A stretch of 24,836 bases of DNA from Catajapyx aquilonaris. Taxonomy: Eukaryota. The position numbers and the translations under genes were made by a program. Shown here piece by piece: positions 1-11,264 of this stretch (position 1 is the first letter of the stretch; every line of letters starts with the position of its first letter). The DNA lies in assembly GCA_000934665.2 (NCBI GenBank), contig KZ538361.1:62001-86836 (forward strand), read 5' to 3'. A model generated the notes under the pieces. That model did not search any database. It was not told the origin of the DNA and saw only the letters and a list, made by a program, of their open reading frames with translations.

Positions 1-118
1 TACTCCCTTCTGGTCCAGATTGGCCGGTCAATTGGGACAAGTGGACTTCCTCATCAAGAAGGCCATGGGGGGAGAGGAATGAAGATTCATTGAAGGGGGA
101 GAAGAGACACCCGAGGGT

Positions 119-169
119 GGATGGGATGGATGGATAGATGGATGGTTGGATAGGATAGATGGATAGATG
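119..169. repeat. Imperfect (GGAT/AGAT)n microsatellite
   Basis: Run of ggatgggatggatggatagatggatggttggataggatagatggatagatg. Confidence 0.85.
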
Positions 170-2362
170 CGGGCAAGGTCGCTTCTTCCAAGAGGATGGA
201 GGGCACCCGTGACCCTCACCCGGATCCGGGTGACAATCCGGCTGAATCAGTTGCAATTGTATAATATGGTGAGAAATTTCCGCTTTTCACCAGACATGCC
301 GGGGCAGAATTGCAATCCCTACTCTGCCCAGGGCCAGGAGAAAAGGGCTGGTGTTTAAAGAATATCAGAAATGACTACCGCACAGCGCCCTCCCTTGGGA
401 ACCTCCCCTAAGAGGACCTCGGGCCCTATCACGTTTTTTTTAAATGTTGAGAAAACACTGATGTTGAGGAAGTGATGCGACATATTGCAGTTTTCTTCAT
501 TTTTTTTTTGTTGACAGAGCGGAGTCGGCGTAGCATGAAGCTAGCGTAACCTTTGCTGGTGCCTACCTTTCATTTCGCGAGATGTCCGCTTTGTTTGCCC
601 CGTTGCGAAGTCTGTTCAGAAAGATCAAGTAACGCTTGGCAGAGTGCGGATGTGGGGCCCCTCCCGTCTACCAAAATTCGACCTCCAAAATCTCTCCTCT
701 AACTTTGCTTGGGTCTATGCTCCCATGCACTTGCCGCTTATTCATGTCTAAATGCGAGTCATCACTGAGAAATTGAACAGGCCGGAACGACCTCTACTAA
801 AAATTATCTAGCTTGTAAAATAAAAATTTCGAAGCTTGAGTTAGGGCTAAAAAAATTTGTTATACCCCTTGCTAGGGCCCTATGCCCTCCTAGGGGAGTG
901 GAATACCACCATCAGTGCAGGGGACAGGATAGGGATAATGAAGAGGGTGCAATGTTATCAAGTTGAGTTAGGGCTATTTTTTTTTTAAAAAAACGTAACA
1001 ATTGGAAAAATTCATAGTTAAAAATTGTTGTACGGTCTTACTTAATAGTTTGCAAATTTCAAAATTTAATCGTAAATATTGCACTGCAGTACATAATGGT
1101 CGTGCTGTGACGAGACACATTAAGCTAGGTTAGGTCTGTTTAGTTGTCACATCAATCCCTCAAAAAACAACCCCCTTATTTTCTCCAGCAAAAAAAAACA
1201 GGTCACTGGGTCCCCAAACGGACCACAAAAATGCAAAAAAAATGGACCCCTGATGGTCATCAAAATGATCTTTTGGAGAGAGTTGAAAAAAAAGAAGAGT
1301 TGAAGTAGGCATGAGGCAAGCAATTAGGTTGTAGGAGGAGGAGGAGGAGGGCATAAGGCAATTTCTTCTTTCTCGCTCCCAAACATGATACCTCCAGAGT
1401 GACCTCCGGCCGAGTCAAAAAAGGGAATGGGTTATTGTCAGGGCAGCCCCCTCTGAAGAAGTTTCCCCCTGGCCCCTCTCTCCACAACCTCCCCACCTTC
1501 TCTTTTGGCCGAGGCCCCCCTTTGGCGGCCTCTCGAAGGCCTTTGGCGGTGGTCTGGAAGCGCCCCGTCGGCGCGGGAGGCGGAGATACACTGGCACAAC
1601 AGACCACCACCGTCTCGCCACTCACTACGCCCCCTAGGCCCCACTCTCTTCATACCACCCACTCCACCCCACCTTCCCAAATACACACCACATATCCCAA
1701 CAACATCTATCTCGTTTGGACTGACACGCTCACGCCTTTGCCAAGAGCTTGGCTCGTTTTCGCCGCACAGAATGTCAAGGTTTACTTATGGGGTGCTTTT
1801 AGGGTGTTCAGGATACATATTTTTTGGTGGAATTGTGACATTGTGTCAGGTGAAAGTGTAGGGTGTCATTAGCTATGACGTAAATGGCTATTGCTTGAAT
1901 ATGTCCTCGGATATGACCAAAAAAATATATATGAACGATATAGGTGGTAATCCACCCCCCTAAAACCTACCTCTAATGGGGTAAAGCTAAATAAAAAACA
2001 TCCATAGAGTGGTAGGCTAATTTGCATTCAGTTCACTGTTGAATATTTATGAGGGTTACATGTGATCCTCTTCTCATCAAAGGTTTTTGTCCGATATTAT
2101 TTGAAGATGCGCAATTTTCCCTGGCAGGGGCTACTTGATTTGGTTGGTTGGGAGGCAATATGATGGGAAGCAACTGAAGTTGTCAAGTGTGTATTTAGGG
2201 GTCACATGATATAGGCCTCTAATGGGAGTTCGAGGAACCTACAGACAATTAGAAAGGGCGATTTGAGGACGTATATTTTTGTACAACCAGATATGGTGCA
2301 AAAAATATGTATTTTTTTTGTCACAGTGTACGTGCATTTGTTGGGTGACATGTAGGTCTATA

Positions 2363-2572
2363 CACTGTAAACCGCAAAGCATTAAAAGAGCATCACTGGT
2401 GAGTCTCGCATGAAACATCAATTTTTAATGCTCTTCTAATGCTTTGCTAATGCTCTTATGATGATTTTTAGCAACAAAAAAGCATCACTGGAGCATCACA
2501 AGAGCATTAAAAATTGATGTTCCATGAGAGACTCACCAGTGATGCTCTTTTAGTATTTTGCAGTTTACAGTG
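2363..2572. mobile_element. Palindromic MITE with CACTGTAAA termini (CMC/EnSpm-like ends)
   Basis: Starts cactgtaaac and ends gtttacagtg, with TA on both sides (2361-2362, 2573-2574). The arms are reverse complements over about 75 bp (aaaagagcatcactggtgagtctc vs gagactcaccagtgatgctctttt; catcaatttttaatgctctt vs aagagcattaaaaattgatg). Internal gagcatca/gagcatta subrepeats are present. Superfamily is inferred from the terminal sequence only. Confidence 0.88.
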
Positions 2573-2807
2573 TAGGGAACAAATATTTGCGCAATTGACT
2601 TTTTGCATGGTTTGTATATTATGGTGAGTAATTCAACCTGTTGGCGGAAGGAATTTAACTGCAGTAGTGTATACATACAAAATCCTGTCTTAAACATATA
2701 CGGTATGAAAATAATAATTCTGTCGGGATGTGAAATAATAAGCGATTTCGCGACTTTTTTGCTGTAAAAAGGCCCATTTGTTACAAAATAATTGCGTTTT
2801 AATGTGT

Positions 2808-3149
2808 ACGGATTTGCGTTAGCCAAACCATATTCGCCCACCGACAGAAACCTCGCCCAAAGACATCTTTCCCAAACTGAGGAATATTGGGTCAATAGAC
2901 AGAACACCCAAAGTAATCAGTTATAGTTATTTTTTGAAAATAGCGGGTAGAAAGTACAGTACTAGGCTAGGTATACTCTGGCATTAAATTGTTATTTGTG
3001 CGAAATTACTTGGCCGAACTGTCTTTTGGGTGAAAAAGTACCTATATTGGGAAAATATTTCCTTCGGCGAACTATATAGGCTACCTTTTAGCGAAGTTTT
3101 TGTGTAAGAAATGTCTTTGGACGAATATTGTTTTGGCGAAATGTCACGA
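2808..3149. mobile_element. Degenerate fold-back element with subterminal short repeats
   Basis: Left ttagccaaaccatattcgcccaccgaca matches the reverse complement of right tgtctttggacgaatattgttttggcgaa. Repeated (t)tcgccca/ggcgaa units face inward. Boundaries are approximate. Confidence 0.5.
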
Positions 3150-3720
3150 TAGGCCTACCTATCCCCTGAGGTCCGTTGTACAAGTATACGAGTGTACAAT
3201 GAATATGAGGTCTATACTGCATAGGCTAATTATGTAATAGGCGATAATTATGATCTCCATTCCAATAATTATTTCTCCCGAAGGAGAATATAGGCACTCC
3301 TGTGGTATAGTGTATATATTACTGTGGCCTTCAGTCCTACGATACTGATTATTATTTTTCAAGAGTTTCGTGCTTAACATACAGGCTTCCATATTTCTGA
3401 TTTTCATTTTTCAGGAGGTGTACCGTGAACAATGTGTACATTGACCTATAATGGTGGACGTTATTCGCAAACTTATCCTTTTTGCCGAGTGCAATTTAAC
3501 ACCAAACCACCCTGTACATTAATATGTTATGAATGGCCGAGTCTGAAATGTGAATGCAAATGATCATTCAATAAATCCCTTCGATTTGGTTCACTAATGT
3601 ATTTATTTAAAAATTACATCTGAAATAATTGCATTAGAGAGAATGAAAAGTGCCCCATTTCGCCTTGGCCATAAATGCAGGATACTTCAGAGCGATTATC
3701 AGGCTCGAAAATGGATTTTA

Positions 3721-4213
3721 CAGGGTATTATGGTAAAGGCATGGCGTGGGTCTGAAAGACCGTGGACGCGACTCTAGGAGACTTCGACCTTTGACATCGA
3801 CGATGACTATCCTGACAAGTATGGATACCCCCGTACATGCATACAGCACTGGTTTCCAGGGTCGCACTATACCAGACCGTTGCTCAACAGCATGACTCCG
3901 GAAACCAGCGATGCAGGCATGTACAGTGTTGGTCATATATCGAGGCAACCGCCAGCGACATTTTTCCGAAGCGGCAGAAGAAGGAATCGAAGATAAGCAT
4001 ACTACAAGCCGGGCGAACAAGATTCCTTCTTCTGCCGCTTCGGAAAAATGTCGCTGGCGGTTGCCTCGATATATGACTAACACTGTACGGGGGTATCCAC
4101 ACTTGTCAGGATAGTTATCGTCGACGACCTTTCGGGCCCATCAAGCCACGCTTCTTCCAAATGCTTTCCCTACCACCCATATCTTTTTGACGGACGAATT
4201 CGTGATCACCCTG
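3721..4213. mobile_element. Branched palindromic MITE, CAGGGT(G)/TA family (Tc1/mariner-type ends)
   Basis: Right end caccctg+TA (4207-4215). Left end is TA+cagggt at 3719-3726, or a more degraded end near 3678. Inner stem 3921-3988 pairs with 4021-4088 almost perfectly, outer stem about 3797-3836 pairs with 4085-4124, and a side hairpin lies at 3833-3924. Confidence 0.8.
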
Positions 4214-4958
4214 TATGCGTACATTCCCAGTCTTCAGTTTTATCAGTGTTGATTACACACTATCTGGCATTACCCCAGTTACCTTCTATATGAATGTCAT
4301 TTGGAGGTAGCAAAAAAATCAAAGAGAATATGGATTTGCCCTCAAAGTGGGCGATTATTGTTAGCAGACACTCTGCGGTCCATCTGGAAGGGCGGGACAG
4401 GGTCCTGGATGGTAAAGGTCACTTTTCGCCATGTTCGTAAAGAACGTGGCACGAAATGTGCAACTTTATGGATTAGATATTAGCATATGGTGAGTGATGT
4501 ATGCCATGCAATTCTGGCGTCGGATATGTCTGATATAGCGACCTGTTTTTGTTTTTTGTTTCAAAATCTGAGGAATATTTTGTTCAAGCCAATATATACT
4601 AGCGGTATATTGCTATGCAAAGAAAAAAAGTGTTGGCCTTTACTGAAACTGCCTGGAGGTGTACACTGTACACCTTTGCAGAGATTTGAAAAGTCACGGG
4701 TACATCTATGATGATGATCAATAAATAATGTCGTTCGTTACCTAACTAATTGTCATATGTTGTTAAGTTCTCCCCTGAATATTACATGCACTACAAACTG
4801 TACGAAGGAAGAATATTTTACTATCGATAACAAAATTAATGAGACGACTACAGTGGCGGAGTAATTACTATAGTACTGTTTAGAAACAAACGCCACATAT
4901 GAACACCAGTTATAAGTCGTGGCCTTTGTGGCCTACATGCAGAAATATACCATAGCGT

Positions 4959-5023
4959 TCAAAAAGATGGAAGGTGATTTTGCATTATTTTGGTTTCAAC
5001 TCAAAATCGTCTCATCTTTTTGA
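4959..5023. repeat. Short inverted repeat, probable collapsed MITE
   Basis: tcaaaaagatg...gattttg pairs with caaaatc...catctttttga. Confidence 0.55.
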
Positions 5024-5776
5024 CCGGCACTTAGTGCACACATTTCCGAACTGAGTAGCCCTGCTGAATACTAACATGAAAAATTTGGCTGCAATTAAGA
5101 ATCAGATAATCACTTGGCTATATGACACATAATAACAAGTAAGACATAATTTCAGCTGCAAAATAACCCACGCTACAGTATAGTTTAGTTATTTTGTGCC
5201 GAATTTCGAATGTTATTTACATAGGCCTATCTTTCGCAAATCAGTGCCACAAGATGCCAATAATTTTACATATTGAAAAACCGTGTTATTTTTGAAACCA
5301 ATGCACGTCAATGTCAAAACAAAAGATTAATTGCCTCAATGAGGGCTCATTTAATAATAGATATTCCATCAAGTCAGACGTACTTCTGAAAAAAGGGACA
5401 CGTTAACACCCGGATGAATCAGAGATCTTCAAAATGACATTTGATAAACTGTGATAGGAACTTTGCCTTTTGAATTTCTGACTTTCGGCAGTGGCAATAG
5501 GCCTATGACACAAAATTAATGATCCCTGCATCGATAATAGGCCTATACAGTATAAGGTAATGGAATTTGTGACACTTAGTTTATTACTACAAAAAAATTC
5601 CTATAAATTTTAACACTTTTATGATTGAAATAACGCATTAAAAATAGTGGAAGCTTCTTGAAAATTATACCTTGCTACATAATATATCTGGGTGAAATAC
5701 ATTTTCAAATTAGGCCTACAAAATCCGTGCCTTCAATTATTTCTTAAATATTTCCGTTTCCGTTTGTATTGAAGTA

Positions 5777-5991
5777 AGGTGAAGTGGGGTAAGTGCATAC
5801 ACGGGGTAAGTGCATACACGGGCCGCCATATTGGAATGAAAATGGCTGACGACACCAAAACGCGTCAGGCACTCTTTGTGTAGCTGCACATAACATCCCC
5901 GGACGCGTTTTGGTGTCGTCAGCCATTTTCATTCCAATATGGCGGCCCGTGTATGCCCTTACCCCGTGTATGCACTTACCCCACTTCACCT
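5777..5991. mobile_element. Young palindromic MITE with TA TSD (pogo/Tigger-like ends)
   Basis: Arms of about 90 bp (aggtgaagtggggtaagtgcatacacggggtaagtgcatacacgggccgccatattggaatgaaaatggctgacgacaccaaaacgcgtc) are near-perfect reverse complements. TA at 5775-5776 and 5992-5993. Each arm contains a 17-bp tandem subrepeat ggggtaagtgcatacac. Confidence 0.93.
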
Positions 5992-6474
5992 TAATTCAAT
6001 ATTATTCCCAGCGTTTAACATAGAAGAAACCTTACATATAGAGCTAATAAAAACAATAATTCCAGCTGTTGCCATTTAAGAATAACAAGAACGCTAACTT
6101 GAACATGAATCGGTATATGTAAATGCAAGACTTGCGACTCACCCTATATACTTGTATAATCACACTTGTTTCAAGCTACAGACCTCAGAATTGAACTAAC
6201 AGCACAGTGTACCAAAAGGGCACAGTTATAAACTCTCCACCTCCTGAAACGACCACTTTCGAGTTGTTTATGGCCGCAAAGAAAGGTCAACATGGAATCC
6301 ACCGAGAGCTAGTAAAGCGTAGTAAAGTGCTGTACCAATTGCGGCGTGCATTTGTGACTGACGCAGATACAAAAAACTAAAATGGCACAACGTAATCCAA
6401 ACAGTCAACTACATCATTATATTCTGGGAATGTCAGGATTGAGCTTGTCCGCACGCCAAAGACATGCATGGTAA

Positions 6475-6751
6475 TGGATAATAATAATGGATACCCCGTG
6501 ATAAGCCTCCTTGGACTTTTTAGGGGATCATCTTTTTAATTAACCGACTTTAATCATTGCCTTTGCTGTGATGGATTTTGATTGCGGGAGGAAACGGGGA
6601 GAACCCCGAGAAAACCCACGCGAACACGGAGAGAACCCATTGAAACTCCATCCACATAAGTATCCTCCGTCCGACCCGGGGATCGAACTCGGGACCTTAT
6701 AGAGGTGAAGACTGCGGCGCTAACCACTCCGCCACAGAGCCACCCACATGA
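6475..6751 (-). mobile_element. tRNA-derived SINE with V-SINE-like central domain
   Basis: On the minus strand: A box TGGCGGAGTGG (6734-6724), B box GAGTTCGATCC (6690-6680), central gttctctccgtgttcgcgtgggttttctcggggttctccccgtttcctccc resembling the V-domain, and an (ATT)n tail at about 6478-6490. TSD caaagacatg(catg)gtaa at 6457-6474 and caaagacatggtaa at 6752-6765. Confidence 0.9.
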
Positions 6752-7779
6752 CAAAGACATGGTAAATTGTAATATAACTTTAGAAATTCTTTCCCATTTC
6801 TCTGCCCAATAGAGTAATGCAGTAACTTATGTACAGTATAAAGTACACAATATGGCATTCATTTTTGCTGCAGTTATTTTTCGCCATTTTGAAATAAGTG
6901 TGAAATAATATGTTTAGGAATCCCAGCATATATATGAACAACAATATTTTATGGTCATTAACGCCAGAGCGCCTGGCACTTTAAAACAACCAACTCAGCA
7001 CAATCTCAACAACCTGACGTCGCAGCTAAGTTATAAGGCCACTTTGCACACCCCATACTCAAAAGCGTGCAGTATATGTTGTGTAACCCGATAAATTACT
7101 TCACACCAAAAAACATCTGTATACTGTAACCTTCTCTGTGATCAGATAAAAATTTTCTTGCTATTCAGAAAATATTATATAACTCAAAATATGGGCGCTT
7201 TCAGCCCTTCAAGAGGAGGCATAATAATTAAGGCACCGGTTAGTTGATATAACCTAATACCACGAATAAATTAAATTTTCATTAATTGCTTTCTGAAAAT
7301 CATATAAGCAGCGTTTCCTTGATAGAACATTGTAGGCGTACACTGTCGGAGTGATTTGCGAACCTATTTAATAAAAACACTGCTTCATATTTAATTGCGT
7401 CTACATTAGTGGTTCTGTTTGAATATGATTTATTTTAGTGCAAAAGTCGTCCTTTGCCGTTTGCATTTGAATAGCGCGCTTGACTTCCGACCTACCCCAT
7501 ACAACGCGCGTTAGTTCTGAGGCCAAACCTTGACATACGACAAAATGAAGTGAATAGACAACTTTTATTTGCCGAACAATTGAAGCAGTGCGTGCGGCAA
7601 ATGCAAGCTGCTTTTTTTTGAATGGTCATGCCATGTGGCTTCCATACCATGTCTCCCTGTTTTTTTTTTCCGGCACCAACTCTCGTCTATTTCGTCGTCC
7701 TCACATATGAAAATTGTGCGCTGGATTTACGAACATCAATACAGTGGTGCGGTGTATCCGGAGTTTAAACGCACCACTT

Positions 7780-8151
7780 GATACTCGACAAAATTAGCCT
7801 GTGATTAATCTTCATACGCAATTGTGACCCAGCGCTTAACCAGCATTCGCATTATCCATTCTCATATTGAGTAACTTCAATGGAAGCTTGTGAATGAGCA
7901 TGATTAGCACACTCGCATGAAAACCGCAGTACCCTTGTTGACACAAGACTCATGCGACGGGAACGAGGGGAGGTATATGTATGGGAGGTTGGGGGGGAAT
8001 CCAGAATTGGTCTCAATTCATTGTCGCTCACTCTTCTGAACACAGCCAGGAGCGTGCTGGAAGCGCCAACACAACTGATGTGTGGCGAAATCTTTTTTTG
8101 GTGGGTGTCATTTGGTAATATTTCCACCATTATGATAAATAATCTCGGCAT
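7780..8151 (-). pseudogene. Possible decayed hAT transposase fragment (DUF4371/ZMYM-like region)
   Basis: ORF 7852-8151(-) contains GASSTLLAVFRRVSDNELRPILDSPPTSHTYTSPR, resembling the hAT pattern GNFxxLL...DxxL..HL...P.NA.YTSP.IQNE. By-eye match only. Confidence 0.4.
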
Positions 8152-8255
8152 TTGGTCTGAAAATTTAACTCAGAATTCGACACTAGAGTGTAAAATAATC
8201 ACTGTGAGACAGAACTATTCCATCTGTTACACAGGGACATGGAAAATCTTTCCAT

Positions 8256-8326
8256 ACGCGCGAAGGGAGCGAAGCCTATAACAGGGGGGTGCGGGAGGGC
8301 GAAGCCCCACCGCCGAGCATAGCGAG
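8256..8326. mobile_element. Short GC-rich insert with Helitron/Helentron-like hairpin motifs
   Basis: Contains cgcgcgaagggagcgaagc and ggggtgcgggagggcgaagcccc (GCGAAGC hairpins), flanked by direct repeats tctttccat (8247-8255, 8327-8335). Family assignment is from recalled motif similarity. Confidence 0.4.
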
Positions 8327-8390
8327 TCTTTCCATGATATATCTATATCCTTACACTTACAAGATTTTTACGAGTTTTTACCAGTTTTAC

Positions 8391-8505
8391 GATGCACTTT
8401 CACAGCTCTTCCAGTTGTGCTAAGTGTAGTAGCAATGCTACTACACTTAGCACAACTGGAAGAGCTGTGAAAGTGCATCCATTATGGAATAACCATTTCA
8501 CCCTG
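8391..8505. mobile_element. Perfect 44-bp palindrome plus orphan CAGGGTG-family right end
   Basis: 8391-8434 is the exact reverse complement of 8436-8479 with a 1-nt spacer. It is followed by cattatggaataaccatttcaccctg+TA (terminus 8499-8505, TA 8506-8507). Confidence 0.8.
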
Positions 8506-10119
8506 TATATACTGAGCATTCTGCGCAGACAAAAAAATCCGGTGCCGTCCAAAAACCCCAGGACACGATGACAATTTTCTCTTCCCCCCTCTCCCCATTC
8601 CCTTCCCTCCTTCCCACTCCCCATCCACAACTCTTTCGAAAAGTCCCCTCCGCCATTAGGCCAATATTGTGCTTGGCAAGAGAAGCGCGCTAAAGGAGTG
8701 GCCTCCCCAGAAAGAAGAAGAAAAAAAGAAAATGATGTTATAGAGAGGGTGCGAGGGCACGTGGCCCATTCACCCCTCCGCTTGTATCCCTCAGGAAGAG
8801 GAAGAGGAAGTAGAGGAAAAGGATGGAAGGGGGATTGGAAGAGGGAAAGGGATGGCTACAAAAGTAGAAGGAAGAGAGGGAACCATTGGGCATCAATTAT
8901 TGTCCCATCTCTTTAAAAAAGCCCTAATTTCATACACGTGGATATACATGATGACCTTTTTCAGTATATACTGGTAGTACACCCGATTCCCACTGGCCTG
9001 GTGAAAATTCCGTCATAATTTTCATCCCAGTTTTTCCTTTCGCTTCCCGTGGGAACTTCTCATGCTGGGGCTACCTTTTTTCGCCGAAATTCGAGGGCTG
9101 GCGTTAGGATAAGGTCACGATAAAAGTAGACACGATGTTTATATGATGGACACTTTGTGGGTGCCTCACCTGAAGAAAAAAATAAAATAAAGGAAAGCCT
9201 CCCGCAGACCCCATCCATGAAAAACCCACCTTAGCCCTTGAAGGGGCTCATCAATTTTATTGATGCGCTAATTCAATGCAGGGTGCTATAGCATTAACAT
9301 GTCTTCATTCAAAAGGATTTACCAACCACCGATAGTTTCTTTTGCGTATTTATATTAGGTTGCTAACAGTTGCGAAGTTCATCAGTGTTGCGCTTGAGGG
9401 TCTAATCAGACGTGTAATAGGGCAAGAAGCTATTGCCTGTATAGTCGATTGTTGACGGACAACATATCTATAGTGTAGTACCTGTCAATAAAAGTTTAGG
9501 TCAATGGTGCGTCATTTGAGAAAGGTGTAAAGGCCCGTTTACATGAGGCCGATTCTATAGCAAACCAGCAGGAAAAAATCGCCACTTTGCTATTAGTGCT
9601 TAATATAACACCACAGAATAAGTTTGCTAGAACCTTTTTTTCTCTGACAGAGACTATAGTCTATACACATTCTGAACTATATTCCGTGAAGTCATCCAGA
9701 TTTCTAGTCTCAAGCAATGTCACCATATCGTATTTAACATCAAAAGCAGTAGCGGGTTGCAAAGGTGTAGCTGCATCTCTGCCGAAAGTAGAGATATCTT
9801 CTCATAGCAGCTCGTCCTCAAATCTCTCAAGCAATATTCTTCTATACGATAAGCTCCTCCAGAAAACCGCTACGCCATTGAAAAAGGAGAGATAATGGGT
9901 AATAAGCAGATATGTGGCGCAGAACATTCTCAGATCAACGTTCCCCACCGAAGCCACACATTACCAGGTGAACATTTGCACCTCTAATTGAAGGGTATGT
10001 TATCAAATCATAGACTTTCTAGCAGAGGTAGAAAATCTAGCAGAGGTAGAAAATACCTCTCACAACACAATGTAAGGAAATATTTTGTACAAGGATATAG
10101 AAATAGTTGTGCTAATCAT

Positions 10120-10161
10120 TGGCGCGGGGCCTTTATGGTCGGGTCGCCGTAACTCTGACAC
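10120..10161. mobile_element. 42-bp insertion with 15-bp TSD (probable 5'-truncated retroposon)
   Basis: agttgtgctaatcat at 10105-10119 and 10162-10176 brackets a GC-rich 42-mer. Confidence 0.7.
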
Positions 10162-10273
10162 AGTTGTGCTAATCATCCCGGATTTTGATCTAGCCAGTGG
10201 CTATATGAGTTGAAACTGATCACATTATCATTCAGCAATAACCCTATACTGATCTGGAAGGTACTGTACACGA

Positions 10274-10470
10274 AAATATAATGGAAAATGTAATATAAAA
10301 ATAATATACGAGTAAAATATAATGGAAAATATAATATAAAAATAATATACGAGTCAAATATAATGGAAAATATAATATAAAAATAATATACGAGTACAAT
10401 ATAATGGAAAATATAATATAAAAATAATATACGAGTCAAATATAATGGAAAATATAATATAAAATATAAT
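10274..10470. repeat. 41-bp AT-rich minisatellite, about 4.7 units
   Basis: Unit aaatataatggaaaatataatataaaaataatatacgagt(a/c); the gagt motif ends at 10313, 10354, 10395 and 10436 (41-bp period). Bracketed by the direct repeat atactgatctggaaggta. Confidence 0.95.
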
Positions 10471-11264
10471 GGAATAATACTGATCTGGAAGGTAATTATA
10501 AATGAAAACAACTCCCATGCGATGATTAGGCGGAAAATTTAAACTCGGGTTGTCCGGAGCGTGGTTCGGAGAAATCGGATGGACATGGCGGGGATCTAAC
10601 CAACTAGTCCCCACTCATTTCCATGAGCAGGTTCCCCTGAAAGTGATGCCACCATGAGCCATACCACGCGACCAGCTGTGCCGCTCGACTTACCGCACAT
10701 ATGAATCGCACGACACGTAATCTATTGAACCTCGATTAAAAAGCGGTGTCCAAGCCTTTACGTGGACCACGTGAGGGGTATACAAACCAATACTCCACAG
10801 TTGTTTTTTTCTTCTTCCATAAAGTATCCCTACATGCATAATGGAAGATGCATGTCATAAATTGCATCGCCGTATTTAGCTGGCCCACCCATAATATCTA
10901 CCTACAACACGAAGAGCATAATTTTCTGGATTTAGTCCAGTTGAACAATTACAGAGGGGGAATGTATGCATACACTGAAGTTAAATGGCACACAACTGGA
11001 AAGAAAGAAAAAAAAAGCGAGCCTCTAAAAAGTTTGCGATAACATCTGAACAAGCACTGTGTAGGACAGGAAACCATGCTATATTATAATCTTGGTCAAC
11101 ACGCATGAAATCGTACGCTTTGTTGCATGCAGCAGATGATTTGCGCAGGGGAAGGGGGCGCATTTACGGTTGTGCTAGGCTTTTGAAAAAATAAGCAAGT
11201 CTATGACGTACGATACCTGGGACCATACCATGATTCATAAAAAAAATATTCGACGAGATAGATA

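Larger units (their letters stand above)
9960..10630 (+). pseudogene. Possible decayed C-type lectin-like coding segment interrupted by insertions
   Basis: After removing the TSD-flanked inserts, fragments occur in C-type lectin order: CYQI (9998), RNSCANH, LKLITLS, FKLGLSGAWFGEIGWTW (10538-10588). At least two frameshifts and one stop are needed. Confidence 0.3.

Noticed and set aside
490..560. Strong acceptor ttttttttgttgacag at about 517
   Set aside because: All three frames stop within about 12 codons and no donor was identified, so a coding exon cannot be supported.
1260..1872. Overlapping GC-rich ORFs up to 157 aa
   Set aside because: Low-complexity Pro/Gly/Arg translations, open in several frames, with no recognisable domain. 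Inflated homopolymers suggest repeat-derived or low-quality sequence.
3718..4114. Paired sense/antisense ORFs with the same peptide (also at 15296-15967)
   Set aside because: A direct consequence of palindromic MITE arms, not genes.
7743..7778. Small hairpin agtggtgcg...cgcaccact (similar one at 19031-19053)
   Set aside because: Stems of 8-9 bp are expected by chance in 25 kb and have no supporting context.
8560..8920. ORFs in polypyrimidine/polypurine tracts
   Set aside because: Compositional artefacts of low-complexity sequence.
10173..10614. Hydrophobic repeat ORFs, or a CRISPR-like array
   Set aside because: These are translations of a spacerless 41-bp tandem repeat. There are no unique spacers and no cas genes.
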